A stretch of 64,000 nt of DNA. It comes from Bacillota bacterium (GTDB lineage: Bacteria > Bacillota > DTU025). This document shows positions 51,159 to 59,973 of this stretch, one piece after another. The DNA lies in the NCBI GenBank assembly GCA_050951805.1, contig JBMNJT010000003.1:96001-160000 (forward strand), read 5' to 3'. Positions within the stretch are counted from its first letter, which is position 1. Each line of letters opens with the position of its first letter. The notes below the pieces were generated by a model, which was given only the letters and a program-made list of their open reading frames with translations, made no database searches and was not told the DNA's origin. The translations under genes and the position numbers were made by a program.

Positions 51159-51512
51159 GTGAACCCGTATAGGACTATAGGTCAACGCCTTCAGCGGGCG
51201 CGTGAACGAGCTGGACTCACCCAATATGAGGTGGCTGGCTACTTGGGGGTGAAGCGCGAACAGATATCGCAGGTAGAGAACGGCCACCGCAAGGTGGATG
51301 TCATTACCCTGACCAAGCTTGCTGATCTCTACAGCTATTCGGTTACGCACTTCGTTGATCAGGTGGCACCGGAGCAGAGGGATACCTCCATTGCGTCTAG
51401 AGCCCAGAAGATAGATGAAGAGGATCTTGAATCGCTTCGCTGGATAAACCGTTTTGCCCGTAAACTCAGCGAACTGACGAGCCTGATCGAGCGGAGGTCG
51501 AAGGATGCGTAA
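51159..51512 (+). CDS. XRE family HTH regulator
   Basis: IGQRLQRARERAGLTQYEVA...ISQVENG; AGGAGG RBS. Confidence 0.9.
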   Translation: MNPYRTIGQRLQRARERAGLTQYEVAGYLGVKREQISQVENGHRKVDVITLTKLADLYSYSVTHFVDQVAPEQRDTSIASRAQKIDEEDLESLRWINRFARKLSELTSLIERRSKDA

Positions 51513-52240
51513 AATGGAGCAGATTGCAAGTGTGAGAGCAGCTAAGGCCCGGCGTAGCCTGGGAGTGAGTGCCTCTGAACCAGTTGATGTCATCAAGCTG
51601 CTCAGAGAATACCGCGACATCAGCTTCGTTCTCAGACCATTTGTGAGCGACATCTCCGGTATGTTTGTGCGTTCCTATAGAGCAGAAGTTATTGCCATTA
51701 ACACGGCCAGAAGCCTTGGCCACCAGCGTTTCACTGCAGCGCACGAGTACTTCCACCTCCTCTATGACGAGGGAATGCTCGGGGCTGCCTGCAAGGTTGG
51801 TGTAGTGGACCAGCCAACTTTACGAGAGGCTGAGGCAGATGCTTTTGCATTATGCCAGGTGAGGGAATTGGCGCGCGCGTTGTGGCGCGCACAGGCGGCA
51901 AGCGCGGTCTTGCCATGGAGGATGTCGTCTACTTGGAGCAGCATTTCGGAGTGAGTCACAAAGCAATGGTCAGACGCCTTCGGAATCTAGACCATATAAG
52001 CGCGGACCAATTCGAGCGGATGTGGAGCCTGCCAATCCGTCAGGCAGCTCGAACACTAGGCTACGATATAGCCCTTTACATCCCAACGCACGAAGACAGG
52101 ATCATATCATCGTACGCCGAGAAAGCGACTCGGATCTGATTTCGTTCGGCAAGTACGAGCAGTTGATGCAGCGTCACATCAGCCAAGGGGAGTCTCTCGA
52201 ACTGAAAATGATTGCGGAGGGCGATATCGCTGACGAGTAA
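51505..52240 (+). pseudogene. ImmA/IrrE Zn metallopeptidase, frameshifted
   Basis: QRFTAAHEYFH and EAEADAFA; the continuation (MP...FGVSHKAM) is in another frame, with a second shift near 52130. Confidence 0.8.
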
Positions 52241-52249
52241 TTCCAGTTG

Positions 52250-52531
52250 ACTCAAGCCTCTAGGAAACCCAGGCCGCAAGAAGCAGCGATATAATACGTT
52301 CGCTTTCGTGGCGGCACGGTCGCAAGCAACAACCTGAGAGATGTTAGGGAATACTGTGAGGAGCATCATATGGGGCTCATTGAAACGGCAGACATCATGT
52401 GCCATGCGGTAGCTCAAGGGCTCATGTCGATTTCAGACGGTGAGAATCTTTGGAAGAGAATGAAGGCTCGCCGTCGCAGACTCCCGGATGGGGACTTCGC
52501 CGATGTGTTCAGGCGTGTCCAGGATTCTTGA
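52250..52531 (+). pseudogene. PIN-like protein C-terminal remnant
   Basis: Manual translation EAAI*YVRFRGGTVASNNLRDVREYC...ETADIM...GENLWKRMKARRRRLP; no start, internal TAA at 52292. Confidence 0.55.
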
Positions 52532-53034
52532 ACGATGTATAGTTGACCCCGATAGGGCTCGGTTATGATCAAAACCGGTGAAGCGGTGTCAAGAGATGGG
52601 AAATGAGCTGCCATGAGACTGGCGATTGTGAGATAAGCCTGGGCAACCCGGCGCGATTAACCACTTTGTGACTATGTTCTCAAGGCTGATGGCACCGATG
52701 TAGGCGACGAGGGAGCGGTCTCCTGGGCTAATAATCTATCCGATGAAGAATTGGAGACTGTCGTGTGGGCAAGAGGACTCGTTTCCGACATGGCGGTACT
52801 CGACAATTTACTCAGGGGGGCGGGGCATTGACGTTGCGAGCTACCGATTGCACATGTGATTGAAGCTAAATTCCAACTGGCACCTGGAGTTCACCCTCAA
52901 CATGATGCAGTAGAAGACGAGCTTCTCTGGGCGTGGCCTCTAGACCCGTCGCGCTGAGCTGCAAGATGTAGACGCCATAGCCCATGATGCCAATAAGAGC
53001 CAGTCCAAGTTGCTTGCATATGAACCTTCATCCG

Positions 53035-54375
53035 TCAGGCCAGCTGTATATCCAAAGCCTCCATGGAGTCGCAGCGTTTCCTGGCATCGTAGGACTCCTC
53101 AATGAAATAGGCGACTCGGATGCCAGGTTGAAGTTCATGCTTGGGCCCCTTGAAGGCCTGTCTATTGAAGTAGTAGTTGTTGCCATCATCGTCCCTGATG
53201 AACCCGGCTCCAGATGGTAGCAGGTTTGCCACTGTGCCTGTCCCGCGGGGGCTGAGGTTTAGTCTGACGCTCTGCCAATATCTCTCAAGCTCCGGCTTGA
53301 GGTCATGGAAGCTATCGATGTCATTATCGGTAATCCCAAGGCTACTACAGACACTGTCGAGCTTTGTGTTGGTGCCCCAACCCATCCGTTTCCGTTCTCC
53401 CGCGGCATAGGCAGCATGCTTTTTCGCCATATCATCTTCGTTGCACGCTATGAGGACCTGAGCGATTGTGAGAAAAACCTCCCATCTTTTGCTCATGTCG
53501 GTGGAATTGTCTATAGCAACTGCTTCTACTCCACACCGAAGCGCGGAATCCAGATCCCCCTTGCCCAAATATGCCTTGGCCAGAACATGCCTGATAAACC
53601 ACTCTTTCTTCTGGCGAAGGACCAAACGGAGAATCTCGATCGCTTCATCATGCCGGCCAAGTTCAACAAGGCACACACCTTTTCGGTATTTCATCCAGAT
53701 CTCGAAAGTTGGATGAATCTCGGGAAAGGCTGTGAGTGCTTCATCGCAGAGGCATAATGCCTCCTCGTGGCGTGCAAGGGATTGCAGAGCCTTCACGCTA
53801 GCGTTGTAGTAACGTTCTCTGTCTGACGGCGTTCTGATTTGTTTGCCATCATTTCCAGTCCAATAGCTCGCATTGGTCTCAAGCTCGTGGGGGTCGAGCC
53901 TGCCGGTCCATTCCAAAACCTGCTGGGCTGCGCTACTAGTGGCCCTTGGGCCAAGATAGTTCGTCACCTTAAAGCACGTGAGGATGTATGGAGACATGCG
54001 CGAATTCCATTGGCCTTCCGTAAGACGGACTATTTCATTTGCTGCCCCAAAAAACTCCTGCGGATTATCGGCGATTTCCTCGCGCTCCTTCTTGGCGTAG
54101 AGGTAATAGAGGCACCACGCGTGCACGTTTCGTATGGGGCCAAATTCCGGCCATTCCTGTTCTACCTCGTGGCATACAGCCAGGCTCTGCTCATAGTGGC
54201 CGACATGCTTAAGGCAGAATGCAAAGCCCCACCCGTCCCATTCGTTCGCATTGCCTCTGTGTTGCTCCCAGATGACGCTGTAGAATGGCAAGGCCTCTTC
54301 GATGCGGCGCCCTTTGCGCAGCTCCTGTGCTTTGCGCCGCAGTTCGCGCAGATCCGCTTGCGTCGACTCTGTCAT
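53035..54375 (-). CDS. TPR-repeat protein with C-terminal cold-shock/OB-fold domain
   Basis: TPR-like helices (YRKGVCLVELGRHDEA, LAKAYLGKGDLDSAL); C-terminus GTV...GAGFIRDDDGNNYYF...GIRVAY. Confidence 0.85.
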   Translation of the reverse strand: MTESTQADLRELRRKAQELRKGRRIEEALPFYSVIWEQHRGNANEWDGWGFAFCLKHVGHYEQSLAVCHEVEQEWPEFGPIRNVHAWCLYYLYAKKEREEIADNPQEFFGAANEIVRLTEGQWNSRMSPYILTCFKVTNYLGPRATSSAAQQVLEWTGRLDPHELETNASYWTGNDGKQIRTPSDRERYYNASVKALQSLARHEEALCLCDEALTAFPEIHPTFEIWMKYRKGVCLVELGRHDEAIEILRLVLRQKKEWFIRHVLAKAYLGKGDLDSALRCGVEAVAIDNSTDMSKRWEVFLTIAQVLIACNEDDMAKKHAAYAAGERKRMGWGTNTKLDSVCSSLGITDNDIDSFHDLKPELERYWQSVRLNLSPRGTGTVANLLPSGAGFIRDDDGNNYYFNRQAFKGPKHELQPGIRVAYFIEESYDARKRCDSMEALDIQLA

Positions 54376-54438
54376 TCTCCATACCTCCGATCAATTATGG
54401 GCTCTGCTGCAAAAGCGTCACTTGTCTGTCGCTAGCTC

Positions 54439-55278
54439 TTAAATGGCGGCCATAGCCTTGTAGTTCCGCTCCAATTCCGCAAAGTCATAACGCACCTCGT
54501 CAAGTTCGGGAAAGGCAAGTCCGCGCGCATGAGCTTCGTCCTTTAAGGCTATAGCCAGATCTATGAAATCGAAGTCGCACTTGGCATACTTCTGTAGCGT
54601 CTTGTAGTACACATCTGCCCGCCTCATGGCGGCCTCTGCAGATTGAGACGGGGAAGCACTGGATGATTCGCCGCCTAGTAGACTTGTGCGAATGGGTGCC
54701 CACAATTTGCCGATGCGGGCTGCGTCTTCACTGTTTGCGGGAGGAGTAGTGAACCTCAGCTCAAGTTGGTGCTTCGCTGTGTTGTAAATGTCGATTCTTG
54801 CTGGGACTCCCTGATTGAATAGGAGGTTCAGCCTTACATAGTGGTTGTAGATCCCGGCAAACTCCGCTTGGATGCCCGACTTCGCTAGGGCTTTCAGAAG
54901 AAGGTCGGCTGCGGTCCTGGCCTGCTCTATTCTCGTGTGGTTGGTGGCTGGCGTATCTTGCATGATCGGCCCAGGTTGCCGGGGTTGCCTTGAGCCTCCA
55001 GCCAAGCGGCAGCCTGTCGCAGCGCAGATCTCACAGAGAGTGCTTGCTGCGACATCATCGCGAATCGCCGCGAGATTGGCTGTGTATACAGCCCTATTGG
55101 GAGAGTAGGCCAGAAGAATATCGCCGATGTAATGCTTCCCCTGCGTCACTCTGAGCCTAGCCTGGTAATCGCGGAATCCGTAGGGATCAGTTTTGGCCAG
55201 AAGTTCGGGGCTCGTCTCCCCAATGGTTTTCTCCAGCTCCTGGTATTTCACTGCCAGCTCTTCTTTGCATTTGGTCAT
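54439..55278 (-). CDS. Hypothetical protein with two TBP-like alpha/beta repeats
   Basis: Intact 279-aa ORF, ATGA-coupled to the helicase; repeats DYQARLRV...GDILLAYSP and NHYVRLNL...ARIDIYNT. Fold call is inference. Confidence 0.7.
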   Translation of the reverse strand: MTKCKEELAVKYQELEKTIGETSPELLAKTDPYGFRDYQARLRVTQGKHYIGDILLAYSPNRAVYTANLAAIRDDVAASTLCEICAATGCRLAGGSRQPRQPGPIMQDTPATNHTRIEQARTAADLLLKALAKSGIQAEFAGIYNHYVRLNLLFNQGVPARIDIYNTAKHQLELRFTTPPANSEDAARIGKLWAPIRTSLLGGESSSASPSQSAEAAMRRADVYYKTLQKYAKCDFDFIDLAIALKDEAHARGLAFPELDEVRYDFAELERNYKAMAAI

Positions 55279-58200
55279 GGCCTGTCCACCGCCTCCACAT
55301 TCTTGAACATGCTGAGTGTCACGAGCAGGTCAGCCAGAGCTTCCTTCCCCTCGTCAACAGTGCCCTGTTGGAGAAGCGCATTCCGAATGTAACTTGCGCG
55401 GGTGATGATCCGGACGCATTCTATGCCCGAGTGGAAGCGCTCCAGTAAAACCTCGTTCATGGCCGCAAAGATCTCCGTATTCTGGTCATGGATGAAACGA
55501 TGAACCTGGACATCCCCATTGCAGCCCAGCTCGACTTGGTCTCCCCTGATCGTCACTTCGAGTGTGATGTCGGGGACAGACTTTTCGTCCACTGGGGCAA
55601 GGCAGGGGCGGAACTTGCCTTCACCTAGGAGATATGCAAGAAACATCATTGCTGAACTCGCATTTATCTGGCTTGCCCATGGACGAGATTCATAGCCCCT
55701 AAGGCACCTGTGGCAACCTTGCCTGTCGCAGTCGCAGCTTGCCACAATCTCATAGGCTTCCGCAAAAAGCTCCATCGAATCGAGATCCGCATAGATATCC
55801 TCGAGTCGCAGACAGTTGTTGCCGGTTGCATCGTATAGCGCCACGTATACAACTCTGTTAGAGCCCGGCAAGGGCGAATCGGAACTTGGGACGAAGTCGG
55901 CATCTATCATCATGCCGATTTCAGAATCATCCAGCTTGTACATGCTCTTGATCCCTCTGAGGATGGCGAGGGAGGTGCTTATGTAAAGCGATGCGTCGCC
56001 GCATACATCCCGCTCAAAACCGAAAACGAGCGTTTCCCGTTCCATCGGATACTCGATGATGAAATGCCGTTCTGTCGATTGATCGAGGAAACCTGTATCT
56101 TTTCTTCGATCGGGGCTGATCGGGCCCCTGTTTGCGATGGTGAGCTGGGCATGGCGTGAATATCCGGCCCATAGCACGGCTCTGTAATTGCGCCCCGTAT
56201 CTATTCGGTCGAGTTTGCATACGATATCTTGCCTGAGAAGGCGTGGACGCTTCTCCGCAAAGAGCTCGTCTTTTTGCGCGGCGAAGGCGCGATAGACGCG
56301 GGACTCGTCGAAAGCAAGCCCCTCTGCCTGGCGGGATTCATATTCCCCGGACGCAAGGATTATGAAGACGTCTCCTGCCATGTGAACCTGTTGGCCCGGC
56401 ACGAATATGTAGGCTGCTAATTCTGGGTCGCGTGAGGATATGATGATTTCATCGGTGAACGTGTGCGCCCCTATCTCTTTTGCACGCCGGAGACCCTCTT
56501 CATCGCAGACAAGCACTTGGTCGTCCCTGAAAGCAAAGTCAGGCATTAGGTTCGTCTGATTGTAAAGGAACTGCTCGAAGGAGCCCACCCGAGAAGCGGC
56601 GGGTTCCTTCAATGCTTTGATCGCATTTGAACACAGCTTGTTCCCGAGGTATTGGCCTATATCCATCGGGACATCGATGACGTTTCTTATCTCCTCTGCG
56701 AACCTCTCCGGCTCTTCAGCAATTTCTGCAATCCTCTGCCGGAAGCCCGCTTCATCCGAGACATGTCCTGCAAGCGCCATGGCGTTTGCATGCTCGACAG
56801 CGACTTTGAGGTTTTTGGCATTGAATGCCGGCGGTGAAACCACACCATCTATCATTCTGTGGGGATCATGGTAATAGACCATGTCGTTGGGGTTCTGTTC
56901 CGAACAGATTGTGACGATCAGCGAGTGCCCGCCACCTTGGCCCCGTCCTGCCCTGCCCGCCCTTTGGGCGTAATTCGCCGGTGTAGGGGGCACACCCATG
57001 AGCAGGATGGCTTGAAGCTTCCCAATGTCGATGCCCAATTCCAGCGTGGGCGTAGCCACTACCATGCTTATCTTGCCTGCTGCGAAATCTCTTTCGGTGT
57101 CAACACGGTCTACCCGCCTGATTTCAGCGCTGTGAGGCCTTACCCGGTCTGCAAGCTCTTGCCAAACCTCATGGATTGACGCAAATTCAGACGGTCCTAG
57201 GTCGAATTTGAGCTGTTTGGGGGATATGTAGAAATACTGTTTGCCATCGGGTGTGATCCGTTCGAGAAGCGGCCCGCGGCTGACAAGATCTTTAACTATC
57301 GACTTCACCTTCGCCTCTCCGGTTCTGGCTACCATCTTCAGATGTTTGCAGTTGGGGTTGGTCGACAGCGCTCTGCCGGGGTAGTCACGTAATCCAGAGC
57401 GTTGCCCCTCGAAATGGATGCCCAAAAGCGATGTGGCCTGGTGGAGCGAGTATCTTATCGCCCGACCCTCGAGGTCTGCTGGCAGACGCGGAGCTTGCTT
57501 GAGTATGGCGCGTTCCTCCACAAAGACTGACAATACGTCGAGTTCATCCTGCTTAAACTGGTCAGCATCGACAATCTGCATGAACTCGCGCTTTGGCCCA
57601 ATGTTGCGCGAAGGAATTGATATGAAGCGGGCAAACCAGACATCGAATTCCTGTGCAAGATTGCGTTCAGGCTCGGACATCCCGCTGGCGAACTCGGCCA
57701 ATTCCTCTTGAAGGCCGAGGTGAGCTTCTTCGATATTGGATGGGTTGTGTTGAAGGCAGTATATCCTCAGCATTTCCTCAAAAAGGGCTGAGGCGAACTC
57801 ATCGTCAAGGATTCGAGATTGTCTGGTGGCTTGCTCACGGCTGTCAACGAAGGCAAGCAGCTTTCTTCTGGGCCTAGTGGTATCCAGCATGGAACGGGCT
57901 ATGCAATGCGTGTATTGATAGTCGGCAAACTTTGGCGACATCAAAACCCCAAGCGCCTCTATTGCCTCGTCACCGTCTACGCGGAGACGTTCTATAGATA
58001 ACGGCCCGTTCTCATCGTAAGCAAACTCAATTGACCCGTAACCGCCGATCTGCGCTATGGAGACCCTGAAGGTTTCTGTGCAACCTCTGCCTTCCGCCGG
58101 CGCATCGTATCCGACAAGAACATATACTTGCAATCCTCGACTGCCCTCATCCGCTTCGAGGTGAGGAAGCAGGCGGCTGCTTTCAAGCCTGGCGATGCAT

Positions 58201-59687
58201 TTTGCTGTATCTTTGCCATACACGAAGAACAGGGGGGCGCCACATTTGGTGCAGCTTTCCGATTGCCCGGCGTGATACTTCCCACACCTGATGCATCTTC
58301 TGAGCAGGCCTTGGATTTCGTGCATGAAGAGGTGGACTCTGAAGTCGAGCACAGGATCGGGACGGTTGTGCGGATTTGGATACGCTCTTGCAATGCTCGA
58401 GTCTATGAAAGATGCAGCAGCCAGAGATCCCCGCAGAATCTCTTCCGGGCTGCCTGCTCCGGATATAGCGTCACTTACGGCGCCTGACAACTCCTCCATG
58501 GACTTCGACCCTTTGCGCAACGACTCTGCGATCGCTTGCATGCACGGGCTCGAAAGAAGGAGCGCGCGTGGGCCATCCGGTGCCAAAAGCCGATCAGGAT
58601 CGGCGAGATCTTCGCGGGTGAAAGAGGTGCCAAGTAAGGAGTTGAGGTTGGCTAGCGCGGCGCCGGGAGAGTCCATTGAAGCCACATTGTATCTGAAAAC
58701 CTTGCACGCGTTCGTGGTTGCGGATTGCAAGTTTGCCTGTGGCGGGTTTTCTGGACGGCCTGACTTGGCAGCCGGACGCACAAGGTCGTATTCGTCTGGC
58801 GCTACGTCCAACAGCGGACAGATGAACCTGTTCACAGCTTCGCCCGAGTTTCTTGAATCCAATGTGGCACTGCAACATATCTGCACGACGGGATTGGGAA
58901 CGGCGTTCTTCAAGCGCCTGAGGAGAAATCGAAGGTGAGTCGCGCGATTGCCCTTATAGCTATGGACTTCATCTAGCACGACAAAACGCAGATGATGGCA
59001 GCACTCTGTGAAAAGCCAGCGCTCCTGCGAGCGAGTGAGCATCCTGTCGAGCATCACGTGGTTGGTGACCAAAATATCGGGCGGTTCTGCCAGCATCTCG
59101 GATCTGTAAGCCAGATGGAAACGGCTCTCTCTTTCTACCGTTGCTTCCAATTCGTCGCGGGGAGTATCGCCGGTGTATACACCGTATGTTATCTCCGCTG
59201 CCGAGGCGCATTCGCCTATCCGCCGGAGCTGGTCGGCGGCCAGCGCATTTGTGGGATATACGATGACAGCCTTTATCCCTTTTTCACGTTCGCGAAGACA
59301 GTAGTCGATTACGGGGATGAGGAAGGACTCGGTCTTGCCGCTTCCCGTTCCGGTGGCGATCACGGTATGCCGGCAGGACGAAATGCTTCGGACAGCTTCC
59401 TCCTGATGCGCGTACAGCCGCTTTATTTTGGGGAATGGACCAGGAAGATTCTTGCTGAGGCCTATGGCTGCGCACAATTGGCCAAAGGGCAGTGCGCTCA
59501 TCTCATATCGCGGGTTTGCCGAAAGAAAAAGGCGGCCGCTGAGCTCGAGAGATTCCATTATCCACTTGACATCTGAATCCCTCGACACCCCGGTCTTTAG
59601 AGCGTGTCTCGCCAGGTTGGCATAGGCATCGCTTACATGCTTTGCAGCCGCGATCGGGTCATACAAGCCGCCGCCATCACGTTGCAT
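55275..59687 (-). CDS. Large SF2 DEAH-type helicase with Zn ribbon, DUF1998/MZB-like domain and C-terminal RNase H-like extension
   Basis: LYAHQEEA, TGTGSGKT, YPTNALAADQ, DEVH, SAT, CIRC...CTKC, TPTLELGIDIG, QRAGRAGR, CDCDRQGCHRCL. Confidence 0.9.
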   Translation of the reverse strand: MQRDGGGLYDPIAAAKHVSDAYANLARHALKTGVSRDSDVKWIMESLELSGRLFLSANPRYEMSALPFGQLCAAIGLSKNLPGPFPKIKRLYAHQEEAVRSISSCRHTVIATGTGSGKTESFLIPVIDYCLREREKGIKAVIVYPTNALAADQLRRIGECASAAEITYGVYTGDTPRDELEATVERESRFHLAYRSEMLAEPPDILVTNHVMLDRMLTRSQERWLFTECCHHLRFVVLDEVHSYKGNRATHLRFLLRRLKNAVPNPVVQICCSATLDSRNSGEAVNRFICPLLDVAPDEYDLVRPAAKSGRPENPPQANLQSATTNACKVFRYNVASMDSPGAALANLNSLLGTSFTREDLADPDRLLAPDGPRALLLSSPCMQAIAESLRKGSKSMEELSGAVSDAISGAGSPEEILRGSLAAASFIDSSIARAYPNPHNRPDPVLDFRVHLFMHEIQGLLRRCIRCGKYHAGQSESCTKCGAPLFFVYGKDTAKCIARLESSRLLPHLEADEGSRGLQVYVLVGYDAPAEGRGCTETFRVSIAQIGGYGSIEFAYDENGPLSIERLRVDGDEAIEALGVLMSPKFADYQYTHCIARSMLDTTRPRRKLLAFVDSREQATRQSRILDDEFASALFEEMLRIYCLQHNPSNIEEAHLGLQEELAEFASGMSEPERNLAQEFDVWFARFISIPSRNIGPKREFMQIVDADQFKQDELDVLSVFVEERAILKQAPRLPADLEGRAIRYSLHQATSLLGIHFEGQRSGLRDYPGRALSTNPNCKHLKMVARTGEAKVKSIVKDLVSRGPLLERITPDGKQYFYISPKQLKFDLGPSEFASIHEVWQELADRVRPHSAEIRRVDRVDTERDFAAGKISMVVATPTLELGIDIGKLQAILLMGVPPTPANYAQRAGRAGRGQGGGHSLIVTICSEQNPNDMVYYHDPHRMIDGVVSPPAFNAKNLKVAVEHANAMALAGHVSDEAGFRQRIAEIAEEPERFAEEIRNVIDVPMDIGQYLGNKLCSNAIKALKEPAASRVGSFEQFLYNQTNLMPDFAFRDDQVLVCDEEGLRRAKEIGAHTFTDEIIISSRDPELAAYIFVPGQQVHMAGDVFIILASGEYESRQAEGLAFDESRVYRAFAAQKDELFAEKRPRLLRQDIVCKLDRIDTGRNYRAVLWAGYSRHAQLTIANRGPISPDRRKDTGFLDQSTERHFIIEYPMERETLVFGFERDVCGDASLYISTSLAILRGIKSMYKLDDSEIGMMIDADFVPSSDSPLPGSNRVVYVALYDATGNNCLRLEDIYADLDSMELFAEAYEIVASCDCDRQGCHRCLRGYESRPWASQINASSAMMFLAYLLGEGKFRPCLAPVDEKSVPDITLEVTIRGDQVELGCNGDVQVHRFIHDQNTEIFAAMNEVLLERFHSGIECVRIITRASYIRNALLQQGTVDEGKEALADLLVTLSMFKNVEAVDRP

Positions 59688-59973
59688 ATAGCCTGCCCCC
59701 CCCACTGAAGAAGTATGAGGGTTTAGAACCTAATCATGATATTCGCACCAAATAGATGAATACCCTTCTAGATTCGTCCATACCATTTGCGAGAATTGCA
59801 TGAAATTTGTAGGCACAAGGGCCGGAAAAGGCGTTACGCAATGTGCAGTCGATCGATTTTCACTATATTTGAAAACAGGAAGGGATCCTAATAGCTTCCT
59901 GCGAATCAATTACATTATGGAACAACAATCGTTCCATTCATGTTCAATACTGAAAAGACGGGAGGGAATCAAC

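Noticed and set aside
55275-59687. Calling the helicase DISARM DrmA/B or Druantia DruE outright
   Set aside because: The family relationship is likely, but the defining partner genes of those systems are absent from the window.
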